Assembly (NCBI GenBank): GCA_964434285.1
Contig: CAYSUJ010000001.1
Span: 104,703-168,702, forward strand
Reading direction: 5' to 3'
DNA length: 64,000 nt
DNA from: an uncultured Candidatus Saccharibacteria bacterium
GTDB lineage: Bacteria; Patescibacteriota; Minisyncoccia; Phycocordibacterales; UBA2100
The notes under the pieces were generated by a model that was not told the DNA's origin, did no database searches, and worked only from the letters and a program-made list of their open reading frames with translations. Shown piece after piece: positions 27,870 to 37,233 of the stretch. Both the position numbers and the translations under genes were made by a program. Positions within the stretch are counted from its first letter, which is position 1, and every line of letters begins with the position of its first letter.

Positions 27870-28912
27870 TATTTTCCCGAAAGCGCGATGATAACGCCGA
27901 GGAATGCAAAGACGATTGCCAAGACCCAGTAACGCATAACCACTTTTTCAGGAGTCCACCCGATCGCCTCAAAATGATGGTGGAGGGGTGCAATACGGAA
28001 GAGTTTTCTCCCGAACCAATACTTCCAAAACATCTGCAGTATGTCGGAAGCAACGGTGATCACGAGAAGGAATCCGATGATGGGAAGTACAGCGACGCCG
28101 ATGCCGCCGCCGAGCTCATCCGTCATAAATGCAATAGTGGGTATCGCGAGCGTGAGCGCCATAGAACCCGTATCTGACATATAAAAGCGCGCGGGCGGGA
28201 TATTGAACCAAAGAAACGCGAGGAGGCCACCGCAAAGGGCGGCGCAAAATGCGGCGAGGTCAATCTGGTTCTGTGAAAATGCGATGATTGCGTAGGAAGC
28301 AAATATGGCGAGAAAGACTCCTCCAGAAAGGCCGTCGAGACCGTCAATGACGCCGCTTGCATAGAGTGCGAGCGAGGTGAGAATGAAGAACGGCACGATG
28401 AGAAATCCGATCTGAAGTAAGCCGTCGAATGGAAGTTGCACTGCAGTGACATCAAGCTTGTCGTAGAACCACCAGCCAATGAGGAATGAGAGGATGATAA
28501 CGATGAGGAGGCGGTAACGTAGCTTCAACCCCTCTCCTCCTGGTCGAATGACGAAAAGGTCATCAAGAAAACCCGCAAGTGCACCCACGAGAAGTGCTGA
28601 AAACGGCACCCAAGTCTGGCTGCGACTCAAGAAATCAAATGCCTCGAGACTCGGAAGAATAGTAAAAATTGCGGCGGTAAGAGCGACGCTGCCCCAAATG
28701 ATGATCCCACCAAACCGAGGCGTGTTTACCTCCCGCGTCTCGTGAAGCCGGTTGAATTCGCTTGCGTGTGTGCCGTCATAAGCCGTTTTGCCCGCCTTTT
28801 TCTTCCATGCTTTGAGAGAGTAGAGGTAATGCGTGAGAATCGGCGTCATCGCGATGCCAAGCACGAAGGCGAGGCCTGCAGGAAAAAGCACCCGTATAAC
28901 GTCGGGAAGCAT
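27869..28912 (-). CDS. mraY: Phospho-N-acetylmuramoyl-pentapeptide transferase
   Basis: MLPDVIRVLFPAGLAFVLGIAMTPILTHYLY... 10-TM MraY fold. Confidence 0.9.
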   Translation of the reverse strand: MLPDVIRVLFPAGLAFVLGIAMTPILTHYLYSLKAWKKKAGKTAYDGTHASEFNRLHETREVNTPRFGGIIIWGSVALTAAIFTILPSLEAFDFLSRSQTWVPFSALLVGALAGFLDDLFVIRPGGEGLKLRYRLLIVIILSFLIGWWFYDKLDVTAVQLPFDGLLQIGFLIVPFFILTSLALYASGVIDGLDGLSGGVFLAIFASYAIIAFSQNQIDLAAFCAALCGGLLAFLWFNIPPARFYMSDTGSMALTLAIPTIAFMTDELGGGIGVAVLPIIGFLLVITVASDILQMFWKYWFGRKLFRIAPLHHHFEAIGWTPEKVVMRYWVLAIVFAFLGVIIALSGK

Positions 28913-28916
28913 GGAG

Positions 28917-29960
28917 TTATTCTACCACTGCAGGGGTAGTCTGTTCGAAGGTCTTCAGGGTCGCATTCACCAGTGTTTTTACGTCCGTAAATCGTCCCTC
29001 TTGTGTTGAACCGAGCACGACGACGACAATCGGGTGACCCTCGGTGACATCGAAAGCAACCGCAAGATTTCCTCCGGCGAGATCGGTGAATCCGGTCTTG
29101 CTGACGAAGAGTCGTGGTATCTCAGTTAGTGCAATGTTCGTATTGAGGACTTCTCGTTTCGGCATATTTACCGGACCAAGCACGGCCTCTCCACGCGCAG
29201 TGCCTGCAAAAAGATCGCGCTTTGTGCGGAGGATGTAGGCAAACAACGTGCCGATGTCGCGCGCAGAGCCATACGCACCTGCTTGCGTGGTGCTTTCATC
29301 AAGACCAGTAGGATTGAGGAAAAAGGTCGAGTTCATTCCGAGCTCGCGCGTGAGTGTGTTCATGTGGCGCAGCGTCGCCTGACCACCTTCAGCGGAAGGA
29401 TATCGCTCTTTCAAGCGTGGCTCTGCCGCTTCACGAAGCGCCTCAGCAGCAACGTTGGATGACGTGATGAGCATGAAATCTATCAATTCGCGGACTCGCC
29501 AGGTTTCGCCGACGGTGAGGCCCCCTTCTCCCCTCTCAACGGCCTCGCGAGAAATGGTCACCATGTCGTCCATGGAGAGGGCGTCTGAGACCGCGAGCGC
29601 GAGCATGACTTTGGTGACGGATGCGAGCGGGAGCTGCGCGTCGGGGTCGCGTGTGTAAAGCGCTTTATCAGTAGATGCGTCGAAAACATACGCGCTTTTC
29701 GAACCAAGGGAGAGATTCGCAAAGTGGGATACATCGAGTGGGGCCTGAACCGCGGCCACCTGCGCAGGTGCGTCCGTTTTAAGGAGTGCGGGAAGGGTCG
29801 CCGAAATAAGGGCCATGCCGCCAAAGATACTGAGCCCGAGGAGCGTTGCCCCAAGAGCCACGCGCGGCAAAAGCATGCGCTCAGGTGGCGCAGCAAGAAG
29901 TGGTGTTGAGGTTTCTACCTCAAGCGGCAATGGCTGACTCTGGTTCTCCTGATCCGGCAT
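28917..29960 (-). CDS. Serine-type D-Ala-D-Ala carboxypeptidase (PBP5/6-like, peptidase S11 family), membrane-anchored
   Basis: SVTKVM (SxxK), ITSSNVAAE (SxN) and SKTGFT (KTG) motifs. An alternative start at M29 (29876) would avoid overlap with scpB. Confidence 0.75.
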   Translation of the reverse strand: MPDQENQSQPLPLEVETSTPLLAAPPERMLLPRVALGATLLGLSIFGGMALISATLPALLKTDAPAQVAAVQAPLDVSHFANLSLGSKSAYVFDASTDKALYTRDPDAQLPLASVTKVMLALAVSDALSMDDMVTISREAVERGEGGLTVGETWRVRELIDFMLITSSNVAAEALREAAEPRLKERYPSAEGGQATLRHMNTLTRELGMNSTFFLNPTGLDESTTQAGAYGSARDIGTLFAYILRTKRDLFAGTARGEAVLGPVNMPKREVLNTNIALTEIPRLFVSKTGFTDLAGGNLAVAFDVTEGHPIVVVVLGSTQEGRFTDVKTLVNATLKTFEQTTPAVVE

Positions 29961-30492
29961 GGTGTTGCTGTTGCTTAAAGGCTTTCAGTTCGGCAGAGAT
30001 TATACCATATTCGGGCAGATTTTCGCGCGCCGTAACCCCCAAAAAAGCCATGAGTTCGGCAGTGGGGCGATAGATGAATTCACGGCCGTCTTCAGGGTTT
30101 CCGCTTCTCTCCACGAGGCCGCGGGAGAGCAGGCTGCGCAATGTGGAACTTGAATTAACGCCGCGGATGTAATCGATCTCTGCGCGCGTTGCAGGGCCTT
30201 CATACAAGAGGACGCCGATAATCTCGAGACCGGCCTCGCCAATGTTTCGCTCTTCTTCCTCTTTAAGCATGGCGAGGACAGGTTTTTGCGCATTCGGAGC
30301 GATGCCGAGCGAGGCTTCTGTATCAGAACGGACGAGCGTGAGTGCACCATGTGCAAGACGAGATTCGATGAATGGGAGCGCAGCCTTCACTTCGCCCTCA
30401 CTCTTTCCTGTCGCGCGTGCTAGGCGTGCAAACGTCATACTACCTCCTTCGGCGAAAAGTAACGCCTCTATTTCCCGAGAAAGTTCATCCAT
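29920..30492 (-). CDS. scpB: Segregation and condensation protein B
   Basis: MDELSREIEALLFAEGGSMTFARLARATGKSEGEVKAAL winged-helix ScpB pattern. Confidence 0.8.
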   Translation of the reverse strand: MDELSREIEALLFAEGGSMTFARLARATGKSEGEVKAALPFIESRLAHGALTLVRSDTEASLGIAPNAQKPVLAMLKEEEERNIGEAGLEIIGVLLYEGPATRAEIDYIRGVNSSSTLRSLLSRGLVERSGNPEDGREFIYRPTAELMAFLGVTARENLPEYGIISAELKAFKQQQHHAGSGEPESAIAA

Positions 30493-31228
30493 AGCGAGGA
30501 GCACCGGTGTCGTCGGATTCCACGATGATATCACCGAAAAGGCGGTCTTGGGTTACCGAAACAGAGCTGTGGCGCACGAGCTCAAGAATGGCAAGAAAGT
30601 GAACGATCATGTCTCCACGGGATGCTCCGCGGGAGAGTTCGCTCCAACGGGTGCGAGCGCTCTGAAGTCGAGTCTTGAGGTTTGTGATGACATCTTCGAG
30701 CGCAAGCACGGGTGCAACGACAGCTTCACTGAGTCGTGTTGTTGTTGGAAGTGTTGCCACAATGCGACCTACGGCTTTTGCAATGCGTTCGATAGACGAT
30801 TCGCCAGGAGCAAACGACGCTCGCGACACGCCGAGCGCTTTGGCGACGTCGGGGGCGCGTCGGTCCAGCACTATCGGTGCCCTCCCCCACTCTTTCCTGA
30901 GCAATTTTCCTGCTTTGCGGATAATAGCGAGGCGTTGCAGTCGACGCTCAAGTTCCTCAATGGAATGCTCTTCTTCGTCAGAGAGCTCGACGGTCGGCAA
31001 AAGCGCGCGGGATTTGATGAGAAGCAGGGTGGAGGCGACAAGAATAAACTGAGATGTTTCAGAAAGCGGAAGCTCTGGCAGACTTTCTACATACGCCAGA
31101 TAACCGTCACACACTTCTGCGAGTGACACATTGGACACAGCGAGCTTGCGCTTCTCGATGAGATCAAGAAGTGTGTCGAGAGGACCGGCGAAATGCTCGC
31201 TCTCGAAAGTAAAACCACTCTCGGTCAT
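30485..31228 (-). CDS. scpA: Segregation and condensation protein A
   Basis: FESEHFAGPLDTLLDLIEKRKLAVSNVSLAEVCDGYLAYV kleisin N-terminus. Confidence 0.8.
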   Translation of the reverse strand: MTESGFTFESEHFAGPLDTLLDLIEKRKLAVSNVSLAEVCDGYLAYVESLPELPLSETSQFILVASTLLLIKSRALLPTVELSDEEEHSIEELERRLQRLAIIRKAGKLLRKEWGRAPIVLDRRAPDVAKALGVSRASFAPGESSIERIAKAVGRIVATLPTTTRLSEAVVAPVLALEDVITNLKTRLQSARTRWSELSRGASRGDMIVHFLAILELVRHSSVSVTQDRLFGDIIVESDDTGAPRYG

Positions 31229-32553
31229 TCCGACAGTCTACCATCAATGCGCGTCATATCGCGCGGGAATGCTGTCGATTCTTTGATGTTCGCGAGCTCA
31301 AGCATGCGCCCCGTGAAGCGCTCAAGTCCGGTCGAGCAGCCGCCGTGCGGCGGGATGCCATATTTGAATGTCTGGAGGTAGTACGAGAATTTTTCCGGAT
31401 CCATACCACGCTCCTTTATGCGCGCGATGAGTGAATCGTAGTCATGAATACGCTGTGCTCCGCTGTTTATCTCCAAGCCACGGAAAAGGAGGTCAAAACC
31501 ACGTGAGAGCGGTGCCTCTGAAGGTTCTTCATAGGTGTAAAATGCGCGTTTCGCTGTAGGAAAACGGGTGATGAATACGAAATCGGAACCGAACTGTTTC
31601 TTTGCATATTCGCAGATCTGCCGCTCGTCTTCAGGAGACATATCGTTCCTATCTTCAATCGTACGGTTGAATTCTTTCGCGACGATGTCTTGCGCCTCTT
31701 GAAGTGTAAAAATTGGAAATTCTGCCGGTGCGAGCGGGACGCTTGTAGCGAACGCCGTAAAGATATCTGCATGTCTCTCCCCTACCGCCTTCACGACATC
31801 TTGAATGGTTGTCTGAAGTTCTTTCATCACCTCTCGCTCATCTCGTATGAACCCCATCTCGAAGTCCATCTGTGTTATTTCTGAAATATGGCGAGTGGTA
31901 GCACTTTTCTCTGCACGAAATACTTTCGCAATGGTAAACGCTCGCTCAAACGCACCCGTCATTATCTGTTTATAGAATTGGGGTGAAGTCGCAAGATATG
32001 CGGTTTGTTCTTTGAAATATTCGAGCTTAAATACCGCGGCACCGCCTTCGGCGTCGCCACCGACGATAGCCGGAGCGATGAACTCGGTGAATCCGCGACG
32101 TTTCAAAGAATTGCGGTATTCATCGAGTATGGCCGACTGCATCATGAATATCTGACGAGTGCGTTCGCTCTTGAGGGTGAGGGGCAGGTTGTCGAGATGT
32201 GTGTCGAGATTGAGCTCAACACCAAGCTCAAACGGGAGCGTGTGCGCCGCGTTGAGTATTTCAATAGTCTCGATCTGCAACTCAATGTCGCCGTTTTGTT
32301 TGCTAGCAACGACGTTCTTTTCGGGGCGTGCGTTCACGATACCAGTCAAAGCAACAGCACTTTCTACGTTCGTCTCTTTCGCGATCCCGATAGCTTCCGA
32401 CTTTGGAAGCACAACCCCTTGGATGGTTCCTGAACGGTCACGAATATCAAAAAAGACCATCTTCCCCTGGTCACGGCGCACCGATACCCAGCCGTTCACA
32501 AGCACGGTTTCCCGCGTTTTAGCCTTAAGTTCTCCGATGAGCGTTCGTTCCAT
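31225..32553 (-). CDS. aspS: Aspartyl-tRNA synthetase, archaeal/eukaryal-type short form (class IIb), possibly non-discriminating
   Basis: QSPQ-type flipping loop (ATSPQFYKQ), motif 2 FRAEKSATTRHISE, motif 3 GGCSTGLERF, C-terminal FPRD. 442 aa. Confidence 0.75.
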   Translation of the reverse strand: MERTLIGELKAKTRETVLVNGWVSVRRDQGKMVFFDIRDRSGTIQGVVLPKSEAIGIAKETNVESAVALTGIVNARPEKNVVASKQNGDIELQIETIEILNAAHTLPFELGVELNLDTHLDNLPLTLKSERTRQIFMMQSAILDEYRNSLKRRGFTEFIAPAIVGGDAEGGAAVFKLEYFKEQTAYLATSPQFYKQIMTGAFERAFTIAKVFRAEKSATTRHISEITQMDFEMGFIRDEREVMKELQTTIQDVVKAVGERHADIFTAFATSVPLAPAEFPIFTLQEAQDIVAKEFNRTIEDRNDMSPEDERQICEYAKKQFGSDFVFITRFPTAKRAFYTYEEPSEAPLSRGFDLLFRGLEINSGAQRIHDYDSLIARIKERGMDPEKFSYYLQTFKYGIPPHGGCSTGLERFTGRMLELANIKESTAFPRDMTRIDGRLSE

Positions 32554-32555
32554 AC

Positions 32556-33548
32556 TTAGAGTGAGACCCCTACCCTAGCACGAACCTCCTTCATTTTGGA
32601 AGCAGCTCTTTCGCGTGCTTTTGCCGAGCCCTCATCGAGTACCTTTTTCACCTCGGCGTCCGTAATGGCATTGCGCTTCTCACGCATGGGCGCGATGAGT
32701 GATTCCAAATCTTCCACGAGTGTATCCTTGAGTGCCTTATACTTGCCCTTCTGGGCTTCGTAGAGCGGCGCGAGTTCCGCTTCGCTCTTAAGAAGCTTGT
32801 GAATGGCATACACGTGTTCGGGTTTATCCCCCGAGGAATCTGTGACAATGCTCATAACTGCCTTTGAGATTTCGTCCTTCGAGCCGAAGAGCGGGATGGT
32901 ATTGCCGTAGCTTTTCGACATCTTTTTGCCGTCGGTTCCCGGCACAATTGCCACTGATTTCTGAATGCGCTCTTTTGGCTCTTTCAGAGTCTCGCCATAT
33001 GCCTTGTTAAACTTCGCCGCCGCTTCGCGTGCGTATTCGAGGTGTTGACGCTGGTCTTCACCCACCGGCACAACATCGGTGTCGTAGAGCAAAATATCTG
33101 CCGCCATAAGCATGGGGTAATTGAAAAGCCCTGCAGTTGCCTCTATTCCCTTCGCCACCTTGTCTTTGTAGGCATGGCCCAGCTCGAGGAATGAGACCGA
33201 AACGAGACACTCGAGAATCCAAGCGAGCTCGGTATGCTCCTGCACTTGCGACTGCTGGAAGATGATTGCTTTGGAGGGGTCGACGCCAATAGCGAGGTAG
33301 TCGCGCACGACATTCTTGATGTTCTCGCGAAGCTCGTCGCCATTTCGAAGCGAAGTGAGCGCGTGGTAATCGACAACCATCAAGTAGCTCTCATAGTCGG
33401 CATACATTTCAGCAAACGGCTTCAGTGCACCGAAGTAGTTTCCGATATGTAGCGCGCCAGATGGCTGGAGACCTGTCAACAATCGCTGCACCCCGTTAGA
33501 AATAGGGCGCGGACTTTCGGATGTATCTTGAACATCGTTTGCGCTCAT
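32556..33548 (-). CDS. trpS: Tryptophanyl-tRNA synthetase
   Basis: TGLQPSGALHIGNYFGA (HIGH) and KKMSKSYGN (KMSKS) motifs. Confidence 0.92.
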   Translation of the reverse strand: MSANDVQDTSESPRPISNGVQRLLTGLQPSGALHIGNYFGALKPFAEMYADYESYLMVVDYHALTSLRNGDELRENIKNVVRDYLAIGVDPSKAIIFQQSQVQEHTELAWILECLVSVSFLELGHAYKDKVAKGIEATAGLFNYPMLMAADILLYDTDVVPVGEDQRQHLEYAREAAAKFNKAYGETLKEPKERIQKSVAIVPGTDGKKMSKSYGNTIPLFGSKDEISKAVMSIVTDSSGDKPEHVYAIHKLLKSEAELAPLYEAQKGKYKALKDTLVEDLESLIAPMREKRNAITDAEVKKVLDEGSAKARERAASKMKEVRARVGVSL

Positions 33549-33565
33549 ACGTTGTTTGTGTTGGA

Positions 33566-33611
33566 AAGCAAAAATGTGTTATGCGTCCGTTATTTCTAAC
33601 GGGGTGCATAA
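33566..33611 (-). terminator. Interrupted hairpin plus U-tract downstream of rlmB
   Basis: Minus strand: UUAUGC-acc-CCGUUA-gaaa-UAACGG-ac-GCAUAA then CACAUUUUUGC. Confidence 0.45.
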
Positions 33612-33643
33612 GCGCGATTGTAGCAGAAAAAACGGCTTGATGC

Positions 33644-34381
33644 CTAGGCATTGAGTGCCTGCGGGTGTTGTGCAGACCATGCTGCGAGTGCAACGCCGGC
33701 GGAAACGGATGCGTTTAAAGATTCTGCTCGTGGGTGCATGGAGATACGAAGCAAGATGTCACAGTGTTCACGAGTTTTTACGCGGAGTCCCTCCCCTTCG
33801 CTTCCAATTACAAATACGGCGGGTGTATCAAACTTCTCTTTCGAAAGTTCGTGATCCCCTTCGGCCGCGAGGCCGTACGACCAGAAATGTCGCTTCTTTA
33901 GATCGAGGATGGTTTGGTTTTCATTCCCAATAGCGACGAGTGGCACACTGAATACGGTGCCGGCCGACGCTTTTGCAACGACGCCGGTGACGCCAGCTTG
34001 ATTAAAGGTGGGAATGAGAACCCCGCTTGCACCGAAAGCCGCCGCAGAACGAATGATTGCGCCGACATTGTAGGGGTCCGTTATTTCGTTCAGAAGCACG
34101 AGTGCAGTATCCGGTGACGGCTCGAGCGAATCCATAAAAGCGACGTAGTCAACGAGGAGCTTGTCGAGAGACACTTTCGCGACAACACCTTGATGTACGA
34201 CTCCCTGCAGATCGCGCATGAATTGGTTCTTGGGCAGTTGTTCGGCGTGGACCCCTTTCTGTGTGGCAATCGGGCGGAACTGAGCCTCCGCTGACTGAGC
34301 CAGGTAGAGCGTATCAATACGTTCAGGAGCCCTTTCTAGAAGAGCCTCCACCGCATGAGTGCCATAAATATAATCGCGCAT
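33644..34381 (-). CDS. rlmB: SpoU/TrmH-family rRNA 2'-O-methyltransferase (RlmB-like)
   Basis: MRDYIYGTHAVEALLERAPERIDTLY N-terminus. SPOUT C-terminal motifs (GVLIPTFNQAGV, SLNASVSAGVALAAW). Confidence 0.8.
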   Translation of the reverse strand: MRDYIYGTHAVEALLERAPERIDTLYLAQSAEAQFRPIATQKGVHAEQLPKNQFMRDLQGVVHQGVVAKVSLDKLLVDYVAFMDSLEPSPDTALVLLNEITDPYNVGAIIRSAAAFGASGVLIPTFNQAGVTGVVAKASAGTVFSVPLVAIGNENQTILDLKKRHFWSYGLAAEGDHELSKEKFDTPAVFVIGSEGEGLRVKTREHCDILLRISMHPRAESLNASVSAGVALAAWSAQHPQALNA

Positions 34382-34446
34382 GCCGCAGTATACCCCCACA
34401 CCTTTCTGAAAAGAATGGTGGGGGGTATACGTAGGATTGGGAGACT

Positions 34447-36054
34447 TCAAAGCGGAAGCTCCACGACGAATTCAGAACCTTCACCTTGCCCCTTTGACTG
34501 TGCCCGAATAGTGCCCTGATGCGCCTCGGCGATCTGCTTGGCAATAAAAAGCCCATACCCTGTTGAATCAATATTCACTTTCGTCGATTCCTTACCGTGG
34601 CCGCCTTCCGTGAAGAGGCGTTGCATGTCTTCTTTGGTGATGCCGACGCCCGTGTCTTTCACCGAGAAACGTAGATGGTTGTCGGAGCGCGAAAGCGCGA
34701 CACGAATCTCGCCGTTTGGTGTGTAGTGAAGCGCGTTGTCTATCAGATTACGAACCACGTGGCGGCGAAGCTTCGCTTCGTCGCCCTCCATCATGTATGA
34801 ACCTGAGGCTGCCGAGAAAGAGAGGGCTATTTTTTTTGCCTCGGCTGCGGGAGTGAGGTCTTGCACCACCTGCTCCACCGACTTCCTGAAATCAAACGGT
34901 GCTTTCGTATAACTCACGGTACCCTTCCGCAGATTCGAAGCGTCGAGGATATCAGCGACCATGTCGACTCCTTTTCGAGCATCAATCACTGCATTATTTG
35001 CCATATGCTGCAATTCTGGCGTGATAGCACCATAATCACCTTGCGCAATCCCAGCGAACGCCGCCTGCCCCTTGGTGAGATATCCCTTCACTTCATGACT
35101 GATGAAGCGAAGGAGTCCTTCCTGCTGTTTGTTGATGTTTTCAAGGGCTTCTTCTTGGACTTCGATCTGTACACGCATCCGCATTTCTCTTTGAGAATTC
35201 GAATATAGAAGACCTCCGAGCGCCAGGACAACTCCAAAACTCATTGCTGCAAGGAAAAATTCTGTCAAATCGCCTACAAAAAAGAATTGTGTTCCGGCTA
35301 GAATTAAGAAAATGTAAAACAACAGCCGCGCTCTTGCATTTCCAATTTTGATCACATCATAGCTTGATATTGCAACAGTCAGGAAAAGCACGAAGACAGG
35401 AAGCGTAAAGAGGGAGTAAAGAGTCACTTCAAAAACCCCGGTCAGAGTCGAGTATCTCTCAGCTCCAGCAAATACGGCCATAAACATTAGAACAACTGTT
35501 GTTATGAGCACTAATCGCTTCGTCTCAGGTGAAGACAGGCCAGTCCGGAGGTATCTTTTGATTGCTAGGGCCAAAATGGCAACGCCAACCATCAGTTCTA
35601 TTGCAAGCTTGTATAGAGCAAGAAACTCATTACCTACCATCTCACATTGCGCGAGATCCATTTGATACACCGCATTACCCGTTATCGTCAAAGCAAAGGG
35701 CACGACGAGCGCTACAAGTGCAAAATAACTATAGATGCGTGGCATGATATTTGGATACGCCACACTCATGACGAATAGTCCGGCGAGTAGAATAAAGACG
35801 ATGTTTACCAGGTCAAGTGGCGCCCACGTTGCGGCGACGAGGCGGTGGTCGTGCGAGGTCCAGTTTGCTAGATCAAGGAGTAGCCAGAGTGAAAATGTTA
35901 CGGTAAATGCGAAAAAAGCACGTGTTTTAGTTTGACGATCCCCCATAAAAAAAGCGAAAACACCTAAAATGAGGACGGCGAGTGCAGGGATAAGATGTGC
36001 GTAAAGCGCGAGGGTTGCAAGAGGGATATTTCCGAGGCAAGCATTAATTTCCAT
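34447..36054 (-). CDS. Sensor histidine kinase with N-terminal ~7-TM sensor domain (orphan; no response regulator in window)
   Basis: HisKA H-box FISHEVKGYL. HATPase_c N, G1 and G2 boxes (DNALHYTPNGE...DTGVGI...GYGLFIAKQI). Confidence 0.8.
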   Translation of the reverse strand: MEINACLGNIPLATLALYAHLIPALAVLILGVFAFFMGDRQTKTRAFFAFTVTFSLWLLLDLANWTSHDHRLVAATWAPLDLVNIVFILLAGLFVMSVAYPNIMPRIYSYFALVALVVPFALTITGNAVYQMDLAQCEMVGNEFLALYKLAIELMVGVAILALAIKRYLRTGLSSPETKRLVLITTVVLMFMAVFAGAERYSTLTGVFEVTLYSLFTLPVFVLFLTVAISSYDVIKIGNARARLLFYIFLILAGTQFFFVGDLTEFFLAAMSFGVVLALGGLLYSNSQREMRMRVQIEVQEEALENINKQQEGLLRFISHEVKGYLTKGQAAFAGIAQGDYGAITPELQHMANNAVIDARKGVDMVADILDASNLRKGTVSYTKAPFDFRKSVEQVVQDLTPAAEAKKIALSFSAASGSYMMEGDEAKLRRHVVRNLIDNALHYTPNGEIRVALSRSDNHLRFSVKDTGVGITKEDMQRLFTEGGHGKESTKVNIDSTGYGLFIAKQIAEAHQGTIRAQSKGQGEGSEFVVELPL

Positions 36055-36388
36055 ACGTTGTGCAGGTATATGTGTCCTGAGATTGACACGAAATTTCTAC
36101 GCAGGCGAAAGAATCTGGACAATAGTGGTTGCAACTGTCACCCGTACACTGAAAGGCGTATGCGGGCACTTCATAGGCCGTGAAGAAGGATTGCTCATCT
36201 GAATCACAATCATCACATTCTTGAAAACAGACGCGTATATCAGGATCACACGACGCTCGAACGATTACTGGATAGTTCCCCATAAAGTAATACTTTGCGA
36301 AGGCCGCAATCAGCGCGCATCCCACACAAAATAGTAAGGCTAGTTGCGTAATCGTGGCGAGACTCGAACTCGTGCCACTAAAATTCAT
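36044..36388 (-). CDS. Membrane-anchored Cys-rich small protein (13 Cys in ~80 aa ectodomain)
   Basis: TM anchor LALLFCVGCALIAAF then CDPDIRVCFQECDDCDSDE...CTGDSCNHYCPDSFACVEISC. Its 3' end overlaps the HK start by 11 nt. Confidence 0.45.
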   Translation of the reverse strand: MNFSGTSSSLATITQLALLFCVGCALIAAFAKYYFMGNYPVIVRASCDPDIRVCFQECDDCDSDEQSFFTAYEVPAYAFQCTGDSCNHYCPDSFACVEISCQSQDTYTCTTYGN

Positions 36389-37215
36389 GCGCTTAGTATA
36401 TCAGCTCCCTGGGGGTGTCGTACTGTGTCTATCGTATGGGACGGGATTGCCTCAAGAATTGAGCTGGGGTAGCTATTCCAAAAGACTTCGCTCTCGCCAT
36501 TTTCGGGTACAAGGCGGGCGATCAGAGGTTTCTCGCCAAAAACTTCTGTCACAAATTTGTAAGCTGGTCGAACCACATCCTCATAAAATGAAATCTCTTC
36601 ATGATTCTTCATTGAATAATCCTCAAAATAGACCCCGTGCACTAGAAAGAGCGCCAGGAAGCGCTTATAGAGTGCCAGTGGATCTCTCCGCCCATTTCGA
36701 TTAATCCACTCAGCATCGTCATATAGGGAAACGCTTCGCCGCACCGTGCTCTCTAGAATTCTGTGGTGAAAAGAGACGAGAGACTCGCCCCAATACGTTT
36801 GCATATCTCCAAATGAGCGTCCTTGCATCGTATTTATATCGACAATGCTTTTATATTCATACTGCTCGTGAAGTGTGCCTGCCTTATTCGTTATCCTTTT
36901 ATGGATGGGTAGTTTGCATAATGCCTTTTTTACGACGTTCTGTGGAATGAATATGTCCTGTAGGTCTTCCGTCAACACAACGGGGAGACTAAGGGGTTCT
37001 GAAAGGCTTACAAATCGCAGCGTCTCAAAATTTGCCGATACTATGTACCTCGTAGCGCACATAAACAAACCTTGCCGCGCATACGTAGGTATATCGTTGC
37101 CTAAATACTCTTCAACCCTCCTCCTCAAGTCGTGATTATGAGCTCGTTTTCTAAGCTGCTCGACGGCTTGGAGGGGTGCGAGAACAATATCAGTTGTTGT
37201 GTTCATTGGAGTCAC
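36385..37215 (-). CDS. Hypothetical protein (276 aa), no recognised domain
   Basis: Intact 276-aa ORF. 4-nt overlap with the downstream Cys-rich protein gene. Confidence 0.45.
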   Translation of the reverse strand: MTPMNTTTDIVLAPLQAVEQLRKRAHNHDLRRRVEEYLGNDIPTYARQGLFMCATRYIVSANFETLRFVSLSEPLSLPVVLTEDLQDIFIPQNVVKKALCKLPIHKRITNKAGTLHEQYEYKSIVDINTMQGRSFGDMQTYWGESLVSFHHRILESTVRRSVSLYDDAEWINRNGRRDPLALYKRFLALFLVHGVYFEDYSMKNHEEISFYEDVVRPAYKFVTEVFGEKPLIARLVPENGESEVFWNSYPSSILEAIPSHTIDTVRHPQGADILSA

Positions 37216-37233
37216 ACATTTTTTCGTGTCAAA

